38,231 nt of DNA from Candidatus Spechtbacterales bacterium. Lineage in GTDB: Bacteria > Patescibacteriota > Minisyncoccia > Spechtbacterales > 2-12-FULL-38-22. The notes below the pieces were generated by a model, which saw only the letters and a list, made by a program, of their open reading frames with translations, did no database searches and was not told the origin of the DNA. The DNA lies in the NCBI GenBank assembly GCA_033721955.1, contig JAWVZY010000002.1:1-38231 (forward strand). The letters run 5' to 3'. This document shows, one piece after another, positions 1-7,853 of this stretch (position 1 is its first letter; every line of letters begins with the position of its first letter). The position numbers and the translations under genes were made by a program.

Positions 1-102
1 CTATCGAGAAGGTCGTGCTGCCCGGCATTACTGCCTGGGCAACAATTTCACAAAAGTGAAATTGCGGTTCGAATCCCGGTCCCTTGTCGTATAAAATACG
101 AC
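1..102 (+). other. Structured RNA-like segment truncated by the window edge, with a tRNA T-loop-like motif GGTTCGAATCC (66-76) but no valid T-stem
   Basis: Three hairpins: 20-40 (gcccggca / tgcc-t-gggc, loop ttac), 43-64 (9-bp caatttcac/gtgaaattg, loop aaaa) and 86-102 (gtcgta/tacgac). The flanks of the T-loop motif (tgcgg / cccgg) pair at only 2 positions, so no cloverleaf can be drawn. Confidence 0.25.
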
Positions 103-264
103 GATGGAAGGAACATGTATCAAGCCGTGAGGTTTATCAGCTTGATGGAGTATATTAGCATATTTGAAAAAATTTGTCAAATATTTATTACAGATTTTAG
201 AATAAGGGTTGTTTTTTCTTTAATTACGGGGTACTTAATACGAATTTATTGTTTTTTTATAATT

Positions 265-300
265 ACAAAATTAAAACCCCTGCCGGCTTCCGGTCAGGGG
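265..300 (-). terminator. Rho-independent terminator of the small minus-strand transcription unit
   Basis: Minus strand reads cccctg-a-ccgg-aag-ccgg-cagggg (10 bp, GC-rich, one bulged A) followed by TTTTAATTTTG. Confidence 0.7.
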
Positions 301-414
301 CATCTCGAGCTCTGTTGCTCGATGCTGTGTCGCTGTTCATTGTGCGACAGGAACATTGGTGAGATCTGTGCGAAGATCGAATCTATCAACCTCCATACAT
401 AATTTTATCTCCTT

Positions 415-567
415 TCAAGCTACAGCTATAACCCGAGGAGATAAATCACAGAGACCTTCTCTGCGATAATCTCTAAACCGCACCTTATAGAAATGCGAAT
501 TCAGAGGCATTCGTTTATTTTGGCTGAAAAACATATACAGCCGTTTTCTAATCAATGACATTGCCAC
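415..567 (-). CDS. Unannotated small basic protein, 50 codons from GTG 567 (48 from ATG 561): (M)AMSLIRKRLYMFFSQNKRMPLNSHFYKVRFRDYRREGLCDLSPRVIAVA
   Basis: Hand translation. SD AAGGAGGTG (complement of 572-580) lies 6 nt upstream of GTG 567. The ORF has its own promoter and terminator. It is below the 60-aa cutoff of the ORF track and has no recognisable family. Confidence 0.35.
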   Translation of the reverse strand: MAMSLIRKRLYMFFSQNKRMPLNSHFYKVRFRDYRREGLCDLSPRVIAVA

Positions 568-612
568 TTCGCACCTCCTTTCTTTAGGTACAGTTTGGCT
601 ATAGTCGCCTAT

Positions 613-641
613 ATTTTAGCAAACTTTTAGTTTTTTGTCAA
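613..641 (-). promoter_or_regulatory. Sigma70-type promoter TTGACA-17 nt-TAAAAT driving the small ORF unit
   Basis: The -35 TTGACA is the complement of 636-641 and the -10 TAAAAT is the complement of 613-618, with an exact 17-nt spacer. The promoter sits directly after the upstream terminator. Confidence 0.6.
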
Positions 642-652
642 GAGATTGTGAC

Positions 653-681
653 AAAAAATAGCGGATTAACCGCTATTTTTT
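653..681 (-). terminator. Terminator of the TrmB-family regulator gene, overlapping its stop codon
   Basis: Perfect 12-bp inverted repeat aaaaaatagcgg / ccgctatttttt with loop attaa (GC core tagcgg) and A/T tracts on both sides. Confidence 0.6.
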
Positions 682-1461
682 AGAATCTTTTCCATTTTGC
701 CTCTCCCAGGCAAGTTCAAATAAATACCTGAGAGCTCCAACAATTTCTTTGCTTTCGATCACTATACCCATGGAATCCTTGCCTCTGTAAGTAAAGATTA
801 TGGCACGATCTTCTAATAAACTGATGTCTGCATCCACGGGACTATCCAGGCGCTTAGTCAGGCGAAGGGCTTTTTTATTAGTAGGAAGAGCATCTTTATC
901 TTTTGACCAATAAAGCACCTTGCTTGGCATATTTTTTTTCAATCTAAGAGATGATGTATTTTTTGGATACTCAGGAAACATCTTTTTAACCTCATCAACA
1001 TTGGTAAGGCCGTATACCTCTGCTTTTGGCTTCACCTTGCGATTTGATTCCGTAATAATTGTCATAATACCGTCCTTACCTCTGTAGAATCTAACTCGTG
1101 GCGCCTCTGGTGCGGCCTCTCTCTGAGTTGCTTCAAGTTCAGGAAGAATATTTTTGAAATGCTTCTTTTTATTTTCTATATCACGTTCCTGCTTAATAAG
1201 CCAACGCTCTACTGCCTCAGGATCTTCTGCAACATAAACTGTTCTCTTTTGTTCATTTGATTCGCTAACTAACCCTTTTTCTTCCAATTGTTCTAAAATT
1301 ACATAAGCAGTTGGACGGTTAATATCTGCCTGCTTTGCAATATTTTGCACGGCTGAAGGACCCAAAAAGAGAGAGGCAACATAAACTCTGGCCTCCTTGT
1401 CGCTAAGACCTAATTCTTCAAGACGTCCTGCTAATTTTTGTATTTGAGTAGAATCTGCCAT
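673..1461 (-). CDS. TrmB-family winged-helix transcriptional regulator
   Basis: The N-terminus LGLSDKEARVYVASLFLGPSAVQNIAKQADINRPTAYVILEQLEEKGLV is typical of TrmB-type HTH domains. A roughly 170-aa C-terminal domain follows. Confidence 0.8.
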   Translation of the reverse strand: MADSTQIQKLAGRLEELGLSDKEARVYVASLFLGPSAVQNIAKQADINRPTAYVILEQLEEKGLVSESNEQKRTVYVAEDPEAVERWLIKQERDIENKKKHFKNILPELEATQREAAPEAPRVRFYRGKDGIMTIITESNRKVKPKAEVYGLTNVDEVKKMFPEYPKNTSSLRLKKNMPSKVLYWSKDKDALPTNKKALRLTKRLDSPVDADISLLEDRAIIFTYRGKDSMGIVIESKEIVGALRYLFELAWERQNGKDSKK

Positions 1462-1504
1462 AAATATAATGTTTTAACACTAATAATTGCACTATGTCCT
1501 TATT

Positions 1505-1533
1505 ATTATAAACTTTTTATAAAGAATTGTCAA
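1505..1533 (-). promoter_or_regulatory. Consensus sigma70 promoter TTGACA-17 nt-TATAAT for the TrmB-family gene
   Basis: The -35 is the complement of 1528-1533 and the -10 is the complement of 1505-1510, giving a 43-nt leader to ATG 1461. It lies directly after the recJ stop codon. Confidence 0.6.
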
Positions 1534-1537
1534 GTTA

Positions 1538-3292
1538 TTACAACAGATGGCTTGTTTTGATATCTACCAATTTAAGATCGAGCTCACGAGTGCCGTCCCA
1601 CTCATTCTTGTCTAAATGAAATAGAATGTCGGCCTCTGCCCCATCTTGGATATGGGCGGCATCAGAGGGAAAACGAAAACCTATTGCTTTTAACCTTTTT
1701 CCTTTGCCTGTTTCAACTACACACTTAAAATGGTCCTTACCCTCTCCCACCATACGAGGATTTTTGAGTATAACATCCCGCAAAAGAAAAATAGGTTTTT
1801 GATTTGCCTCTCCATGGGGGGCAAACTTTAAAAGCTCATCATAAAGATTCCAATTTATATCGTCGGGGGATATCTCGGCCTCAACTATAGCTTTTGGTAT
1901 TATATCTTTTCTATCCAATTTTCCCGCGGCCATTGCTGTTTTAGTTTGGATATTGCGGGCTAATATTTCTTCATCAGCGACATTTGCGCTAAACCCTCCT
2001 GCTTGTCTATGCCCTCCGTATTTTATAAGAAAATCATCACAATGCTGCATTATCTCTACTATATTTAAATACTCAGGCCCTCGAGCTGAGCCAACTAATT
2101 TACTCCCCTTTTTTTGATAAATAAAGGCGGGTTTGTTATATTTCTCGGCAAGGCGCCCTGCTACTATCCCCGCTACACCAATAGGCCAGTTCTTTGAACC
2201 GGCTACTATAGCGCTTGAATTATTTAATTGTGTTGTGTCAATTTCGGCGATTATATCTTCTACTAGTTTTTTGCGCTCTTTATTTTTTGTATCTAATATA
2301 TGCGCAAGCACATCAGCGTCTTTTTTTGTTTTGGCTGTTAAAAGATCGAATGCTATATCTGCATGTTCCATGCGCCCTGCTGAATTTAAGCGCGGCCCCA
2401 ATATAAAACCAAGGGTAAAGGCATTTAAATTTGTCGCGACTTCCTGAGCCTCAAAGGTAGCATCAACACTTGCCTTTTCCATAAGAGCGTTTAAGCCGGG
2501 GCGTCTTTTCTGGGCTAAAACGTAAAGTCCGTATTTAACAAGTGTTCTATTTTCTCCCTTTAAAGGCATGACATCAGTAACTGTAGCTATAGCTACAAGA
2601 TCTAAAAGCCATTTTTCCCAACCCTGATGAGGAGCTTGAGCTCCTTTTTTGCGGCGAAAATCGATAAGAGCGCTACATACCTTAAAAGCAACACCGGTTC
2701 CGGCAAGATTCTTAAATATATATTTATCTCCTTCCTGATGGGGATTAACATGGGCAAAGGCGGGGTTGTTGTCACGAGTTACCTGATGATGATCTATTAC
2801 AACTACATCGATGCCATTTTCCTGGGCAAGGTTAATTTCCTCAATATTAGAGGAGCCACAATCTACTGTAACTATTAAATCTTTTTTATCCTCTATAAAC
2901 CCCTCTACCGCCTCTAAATTCATGCCATAACCCTCATCTTCTCTATGGGGTATATAAACCTCTACGTTTTTGGCTCCAAGCTCTTCAAATACTTCCTTTA
3001 GTAGAGCGGAGCCACACACTCCGTCGGCATCATAGTCACCATAAATTAAAATATCTTCGCCCCCATCAAGTGCGGCACTTATGCGCGAGACCGCCCTATC
3101 TATATCTTTAAGCAAGCCCGGATCATGCAGATCTTCATATGAAGGATTTAAAAATTTATCAATATCATCTTCATTTTTTAGCTCGCGATTCCAAAAAAGC
3201 TGTTTTGCAACATCTGAATGTTCAGCCCCACTTTCAAGAAAATCCGCGGGCGCGGGCTTATGCATTTCCCAAATTTTACCAAGCAAAGACAT
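1538..3292 (-). CDS. recJ: Single-stranded-DNA-specific exonuclease RecJ (DHH family)
   Basis: DHH-family motifs are present: GDYDADGV, VTVDCGSS, VVIDHHQ and GGHRQAGG. Confidence 0.92.
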   Translation of the reverse strand: MSLLGKIWEMHKPAPADFLESGAEHSDVAKQLFWNRELKNEDDIDKFLNPSYEDLHDPGLLKDIDRAVSRISAALDGGEDILIYGDYDADGVCGSALLKEVFEELGAKNVEVYIPHREDEGYGMNLEAVEGFIEDKKDLIVTVDCGSSNIEEINLAQENGIDVVVIDHHQVTRDNNPAFAHVNPHQEGDKYIFKNLAGTGVAFKVCSALIDFRRKKGAQAPHQGWEKWLLDLVAIATVTDVMPLKGENRTLVKYGLYVLAQKRRPGLNALMEKASVDATFEAQEVATNLNAFTLGFILGPRLNSAGRMEHADIAFDLLTAKTKKDADVLAHILDTKNKERKKLVEDIIAEIDTTQLNNSSAIVAGSKNWPIGVAGIVAGRLAEKYNKPAFIYQKKGSKLVGSARGPEYLNIVEIMQHCDDFLIKYGGHRQAGGFSANVADEEILARNIQTKTAMAAGKLDRKDIIPKAIVEAEISPDDINWNLYDELLKFAPHGEANQKPIFLLRDVILKNPRMVGEGKDHFKCVVETGKGKRLKAIGFRFPSDAAHIQDGAEADILFHLDKNEWDGTRELDLKLVDIKTSHLL

Positions 3293-3300
3293 ATATATTT

Positions 3301-3306
3301 ACTATA
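3301..3306 (-). promoter_or_regulatory. -10-like TATAGT located 8 nt upstream of the recJ ATG (possible leaderless start)
   Basis: Minus strand reads gtgTATAGTaaatatatATG, with no SD and no convincing -35. Confidence 0.3.
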
Positions 3307-3339
3307 CACCATTTATTAACTCCAAAAAATTGACAAAGA

Positions 3340-3370
3340 TAAAAAATATGACTCTATATAAAATAGAGCC
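3340..3370 (-). terminator. Probable terminator after pgk
   Basis: Minus strand reads ggctcta-ttttata-tagagtc (7 bp including a G.U that pairs only in the minus-strand RNA), followed by atatttttta. Confidence 0.45.
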
Positions 3371-3410
3371 CATAAAGAGCCCTTAATTACCGGGGTGAAT
3401 TTGTATTCCT

Positions 3411-4568
3411 TTACCTTAACACCTCAAGAGCCGGCAAAGTACCTTCTGCTAAAAATTCGAGCATCGCACCGCCTCCGGTTGATGCAAAATAAATGCTATC
3501 TGTAGCTTCTACATCATCTATAACACTCATAAGATCGCCTCCTCCTACAATTATTTTAGCTTTAGAGCGCACAAGAGAGCGGGCAAGCTGCCGAGTGCCT
3601 CTTGCAAATTCCTCTACTTCTATAAGGCCTAAGGGGCCATTCCATACAACAGTTCCAGCTTTTTTAATAATGTTTGAAAATTCACTTATGGTATCGGGAC
3701 CGGCATCCAATATCATGTCGCTTTTCTTTATATCTTTAATATCGATTATCCGCGCAGGTGCCTTGCCTGTATCCTCAGTTGATACTACAACGTCCTTTGG
3801 CATATGCAATTTTTGATGGCTCAAATCAACCCCCTTTATAAGATCTTCAATATCATCCTCATGCCAACTGCGCCCTATCTCCATACCTTGAAATTTCATA
3901 ATAGAGTTTGCTATAAGGCCTCCTAAGCAAAACTGATCAACATGTGAAAATAACTCCGATACAAGTTTCAGCTTTGTATCTACCTTTGCACCCCCCATAA
4001 CAAAGCTTAGAGGTTTTTTAGGATTATTTATTACCTCACCCAGGGTCTCAACCTCTTTTTGCAGCAGCAGTCCTGCAGCAGATCTTTTTATTTCTTTGGG
4101 TAGAGCAAATACAGATGTATGCTCCCTATGAGCTACACCAAAGGCATCGTTAATATAAGCATCGCCCAAAGCGGCAAGCTCTTTTGCAAATTCTTTACTA
4201 CCCTCTTTTTCGCGCTTATCAAAGCGCAAATTTTCAAGCAATGCCACATCACCCTCTTCCATGGCATCTATCTCTCCCTCTGCTATTTCCAAACCTTCAA
4301 AAAATTTTATATCTATTTTGAGAAGCTCGCCCAAACGTTCGGCTACAGGCATCAAGCTAAACTCTTGGTTATATTTTCCGCCGGGCCTGCCAAGGTGAGC
4401 CATAATAATTACCTTAGCTCCCTTATCGCGCAAATAATTTATAGTAGGCAAAGTAGCACGAATACGAAAATCGTCAGTTATCTTTTCTTTATCCATGCTT
4501 ACATTAAAATCAGCGCGCAATAGTACACGCTCCCCGCTTTTTATTTTAAGATTCTTCACCGTATTCAT
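3411..4568 (-). CDS. pgk: Phosphoglycerate kinase
   Basis: Pgk signatures are present: RADFNV, MAHLGRPGG, ENLRF, AFGVAHR, GGAKVDTKL and STGGGA. Confidence 0.95.
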   Translation of the reverse strand: MNTVKNLKIKSGERVLLRADFNVSMDKEKITDDFRIRATLPTINYLRDKGAKVIIMAHLGRPGGKYNQEFSLMPVAERLGELLKIDIKFFEGLEIAEGEIDAMEEGDVALLENLRFDKREKEGSKEFAKELAALGDAYINDAFGVAHREHTSVFALPKEIKRSAAGLLLQKEVETLGEVINNPKKPLSFVMGGAKVDTKLKLVSELFSHVDQFCLGGLIANSIMKFQGMEIGRSWHEDDIEDLIKGVDLSHQKLHMPKDVVVSTEDTGKAPARIIDIKDIKKSDMILDAGPDTISEFSNIIKKAGTVVWNGPLGLIEVEEFARGTRQLARSLVRSKAKIIVGGGDLMSVIDDVEATDSIYFASTGGGAMLEFLAEGTLPALEVLR

Positions 4569-4570
4569 AA

Positions 4571-5347
4571 TTATATTATTTGTTTTGCCATCTTAATAAA
4601 TTCTTTCGCATCCAAGCTGGAACCACCTACCAAAGCGCCATCCATCTCAGCATCCTTTATAAAAGTGTTTATATTTTTACTATTTGTACTCCCTCCATAT
4701 AATATGGGTACTGTATTAGCTGTAGCTCGGGTATATAATTTATCTAAAACTTTTTGTATAAGTATCCTGGCACTCATTGCATCATTAGCAGTTGCAGCAT
4801 TGCCTGTCCCTATGGCCCAAATGGGTTCGTATGCAATTATCAATTTTTTAGCACGCGCTACACTTAGACCCTCAAGAGCCCCTGCAAGCTGCTCTTTTAC
4901 GATCCTAACGGGCTCATTATCGCTTTCTCCCACGGCAAGTATGGGTGTAATACTATGCTTTAATGCAGATTTTATTTTTTTATTTATGAGCTCTGAATCT
5001 TCTCGGAAATATTTTCTACGCTCCGAATGGCCGATTATTACATACTTACACCCAATATCTTTAAGCATTTTAGCCGATACCTCCCCTGTATATGCGCCAC
5101 TATCTTCAAAGTAACAATTTTGAGCACCTAAATTTATGGAATTGCTCTTTGTAGGTATGTGTCGGCCTACTGCTTCCAAATATGAGAAGGGCGGGCATAA
5201 TATTATTTCAACATTTTTTTTATTTTTTATTTTGCCAAAACCCTCTGCAGTATCCTTTGCGAGTTTCTCTGCCTGCTTTAATGTTACAGGATTCATTTTC
5301 CAATTACCTGCTAAATATATTTTTTTGCTTTTTTTCTTTTTTGGCAT
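4571..5347 (-). CDS. tpiA: Triosephosphate isomerase
   Basis: Contains AGNWKMN, IIGHSERR and AYEPIWAIGTG. Confidence 0.95.
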   Translation of the reverse strand: MPKKKKSKKIYLAGNWKMNPVTLKQAEKLAKDTAEGFGKIKNKKNVEIILCPPFSYLEAVGRHIPTKSNSINLGAQNCYFEDSGAYTGEVSAKMLKDIGCKYVIIGHSERRKYFREDSELINKKIKSALKHSITPILAVGESDNEPVRIVKEQLAGALEGLSVARAKKLIIAYEPIWAIGTGNAATANDAMSARILIQKVLDKLYTRATANTVPILYGGSTNSKNINTFIKDAEMDGALVGGSSLDAKEFIKMAKQII

Positions 5348-5351
5348 ATAG

Positions 5352-5978
5352 TTACGATGCTTTAAGTCCTTTAATGTAGCGCCTTATCCACCAGGTGGCG
5401 CCGGTTACTAAAATAAGTATTAAGACCCAGTCAAACTGACGGAAGTATGGTTCAAGCATGGTCCAGTTTTCGCCTGCAAGTACTCCAAGATATGTAAGAA
5501 AAAGTGAATATAAAAATGAACCGGTAAAAACGTAAATTACAAAAGGTATAAACTTCATTTTAGCAATTCCTGCAGGAATAGGCACAAAACCTCGTATTCC
5601 GGGAATTAAGCGCGAAATGAATATTATTTTAGCTCCATGCTTTTTAAAAAGCTGGTTGGCCTCTTCAATATCTTTATGGGTAACAAGAAAAAATTTACCA
5701 TATTTATACAAAAAACTAATACCTACGTATCTTGAAACAGTGTATGTAAATACTGTTCCCAATATATTGCCTACAGCTCCCCAAAAAGCTACAGCAAGCA
5801 AAGAAAACCTCCCTAAGCTTACAAGATATCCCGAAAAAGGCAGAATGATCTCAGAAGGCACAGGAATAAAAGAGCCCTCAAGTGTCATTAAAAAAGAAAT
5901 TCCCGCATAACCTGTAGCATCTATTATTTGTATCGTCTGTACACCAACCCACTCTAAAATGTGCTCAACTATATCCAT
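5352..5978 (-). CDS. DedA/SNARE-associated family membrane protein
   Basis: Multi-TM protein with the DedA-like FIPVPSEIILPFSGYL segment and GxxxRxxPxxR-like LIPGIRGFVP. Confidence 0.85.
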   Translation of the reverse strand: MDIVEHILEWVGVQTIQIIDATGYAGISFLMTLEGSFIPVPSEIILPFSGYLVSLGRFSLLAVAFWGAVGNILGTVFTYTVSRYVGISFLYKYGKFFLVTHKDIEEANQLFKKHGAKIIFISRLIPGIRGFVPIPAGIAKMKFIPFVIYVFTGSFLYSLFLTYLGVLAGENWTMLEPYFRQFDWVLILILVTGATWWIRRYIKGLKAS

Positions 5979-5981
5979 GGT

Positions 5982-7061
5982 TTATTTAAGTGATTTGCGT
6001 AAATACTCAGCTGCGTGCATGGGCTCAATCGTTGATATTTCTATTCCTGTGCTTATTTCAAACCCCGCCCAAATCTGTGTTTTTGGAATTATTTCAAAAT
6101 GCCAGTGGTAATGCGGATACGTTCTTCCATCTGTAGGTGATGTATGGAGAAAAAAATTATAATCCGGATTGTCTAAAGTTTCATACAAAGATTTGAGCGA
6201 AGCATGAAGAGCTTCTGCAAACTTTGAAATTGATCTTTGAGGCATTCGCTCAAAATAAGGATTATGCTTCTTGGGAAATATGCGTATCTCGAAAGCCGCG
6301 CGAGATACAAACGGGCAAAAAGCAACAAAGTCATCATTTTCAAATATAACTCTTTCTTTATCTATTAATTCATAGGCGATCATTACACAATGCACACATT
6401 TCATATTCCGCCTCCAATATAAACCTGAGCCACGCAAAGATCTTTGTATGCTCACGGGTAAAACAGGTGTTGCTATAAGCTGGGAATGGGGATGAGGCAA
6501 GGAAGCCCCTGCGTCGGGACCGTGATTATGAAAAATTGAAATATACTTAATACATTTATCTTTCTTTAATTTCTTATACCTTTGCTGATATGCGCGCACT
6601 ACCCCTGAAACTTCTTCGTTTTCCATTAAAGCGATGTGCCTGCTATGATCTCTTGTAATTATTACCTCATGATAGCCATTGCCTTCATGTACCAAATACT
6701 CGCCTTTTTGACTTATGCCTCCACACCCCTCTAAATGGCTAAGGGCAGGGTATTTATTGGGTATTACCTGTAAACTCCAATCCTCTTTATCTTTATAAAT
6801 TAACAGGGGCTCGGCATTGCCTGAGGCCTGTGGATCTTCAAAAGGACAATCTTTTTTAGATTGTTTAAGTTCAGGTTTATCTTTTTTTATATAAGCGTCG
6901 GGACGCTTAGCTCTTCCGGTAGCTATAACAACCCACTCATCTGTGACGAGATCTTGGCGAAGTTCAGATGGAGGTGCTTCGGGGTTATTTTTAGGAGGTA
7001 TCTTCTTTGTTTTCTTTTTGTTTTGTTTGTTTTTCATAGGGTTGCTTTCTTGGTTTATCAT
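5982..7061 (-). CDS. galT: Galactose-1-phosphate uridylyltransferase-like HIT-superfamily nucleotidyltransferase
   Basis: Contains the active-site HPHSQL (HxHxQ) and the second half-domain YPHYHWHFEIIP. The Lys-rich N-terminus overlaps the upstream GT2 gene. The start is uncertain, and an alternative ATG at 7037 still overlaps. Confidence 0.8.
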   Translation of the reverse strand: MINQESNPMKNKQNKKKTKKIPPKNNPEAPPSELRQDLVTDEWVVIATGRAKRPDAYIKKDKPELKQSKKDCPFEDPQASGNAEPLLIYKDKEDWSLQVIPNKYPALSHLEGCGGISQKGEYLVHEGNGYHEVIITRDHSRHIALMENEEVSGVVRAYQQRYKKLKKDKCIKYISIFHNHGPDAGASLPHPHSQLIATPVLPVSIQRSLRGSGLYWRRNMKCVHCVMIAYELIDKERVIFENDDFVAFCPFVSRAAFEIRIFPKKHNPYFERMPQRSISKFAEALHASLKSLYETLDNPDYNFFLHTSPTDGRTYPHYHWHFEIIPKTQIWAGFEISTGIEISTIEPMHAAEYLRKSLK

Positions 7062-7803
7062 ATACTCCTGTCATCAAATTCCATCTTATCTTAAAAAGGT
7101 CCAACAATACCTTCACATAACCGTTGGGACCTATAAATGTAACGGTACTATGAGGGTCATTTACCCAATGTACAGGTATCATGCCTATTTTGTATCCAAA
7201 TTTTCGAGCAATGGCAAGAGCTTCAATGTCAAAACTAAATCTATTCATGCGTGCCCGTGAAAATATTTTTTCAGCTGCCTCTTCGTGAAAAAGCTTAAAT
7301 CCATTTTGCGTATCCCAGATGCCTGGAACAGCCATAATTTGTATCATAATATTTCCCATATTTCCCAAAATATACTTTAGAAGCGACTGTCGCACCTCTT
7401 GCTTGGCACCTTTAGCATCTTTTGGATCTCGCGTTCCTATTATAACTTTATGCTCCTTTGCTAGGGGCCACATTTTTTCTATATGCTCTATAGCAGTTGA
7501 ACCATCAGAATCCATAAATAAGCGCCACTTACCTTTTGCCTCCAGCATCCCCTGGCGAACCACATAGCCCTTGCCGTGATTTTTTTCATTATTAATAATG
7601 CGAAGGTTATGTACAAGTTGTCGATGACCTTCTATTACCTCGTAAGTATTGTCAGTAGCGCCATCAATTACAACTAATATTTCATAAGTATAATCCTGAT
7701 TTTCCAAATATTTATCAACATCAAGGAGCGTATCGGGTATACGCTTAGCTTCGTTATAGGCGGGAAATATTACTGATAAATGGGGTTTTTTATTGTTTGC
7801 CAT
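6991..7803 (-). CDS. Family 2 glycosyltransferase (dolichyl/polyprenyl-phosphate sugar synthase-like)
   Basis: Contains LSVIFPAYNEAKRI, VVIDGATDNT and the FMDSDGS (DxD) motif. Confidence 0.85.
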   Translation of the reverse strand: MANNKKPHLSVIFPAYNEAKRIPDTLLDVDKYLENQDYTYEILVVIDGATDNTYEVIEGHRQLVHNLRIINNEKNHGKGYVVRQGMLEAKGKWRLFMDSDGSTAIEHIEKMWPLAKEHKVIIGTRDPKDAKGAKQEVRQSLLKYILGNMGNIMIQIMAVPGIWDTQNGFKLFHEEAAEKIFSRARMNRFSFDIEALAIARKFGYKIGMIPVHWVNDPHSTVTFIGPNGYVKVLLDLFKIRWNLMTGVYDKPRKQPYEKQTKQKENKEDTS

Positions 7804-7809
7804 ATTTTT

Positions 7810-7818
7810 ATTTTAACA
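7810..7818 (-). promoter_or_regulatory. Extended -10 TGtTAAAAT located 6 nt upstream of the GT2 ATG (candidate leaderless promoter)
   Basis: Minus strand reads agTGtTAAAATaaaaatATG, with no SD. Confidence 0.4.
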
Positions 7819-7853
7819 CTATTTTATTGAGTATATAAATTTAGTTTTACACA

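Noticed and set aside
174-203. Plus-strand promoter-like TTGTCA-18-TAGAAT pointing into the small-ORF locus, which would give a type I toxin-antitoxin-like antisense arrangement
   Set aside because: The region is very AT-rich, so such matches are expected by chance. The peptide is basic rather than a hydrophobic toxin, and the plus-strand terminator candidate (495-530) is weak. I kept it only as a remote possibility.
277-300. Hairpin with CCGGAAG, reminiscent of the SRP RNA domain IV apex
   Set aside because: The helix is perfectly paired with a 3-nt loop. It lacks the GNAR tetraloop and the conserved AGCA/AGG internal loops, and a U-tract follows it. It is an ordinary terminator.
115-402. 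A 95-aa plus-strand ORF and the many other 60-194-aa ORFs antisense to annotated genes (for example 2133-2447, 4119-4523, 16114-16698, 18105-18428)
   Set aside because: They lie opposite well-supported conserved genes or in non-coding DNA. They are low-complexity or hydrophobic mirror-frame artefacts of AT-rich and Lys-codon-rich sequence, with no RBS or family resemblance.
572-583. Plus-strand CACCTCCTTTCT is identical to the 3' terminal anti-SD tail of many 16S rRNAs
   Set aside because: The upstream sequence has no similarity to 16S helix 45 (no GGAAGGTGCGGCTGGAT-like context). It is simply the complement of a long SD on the minus strand.
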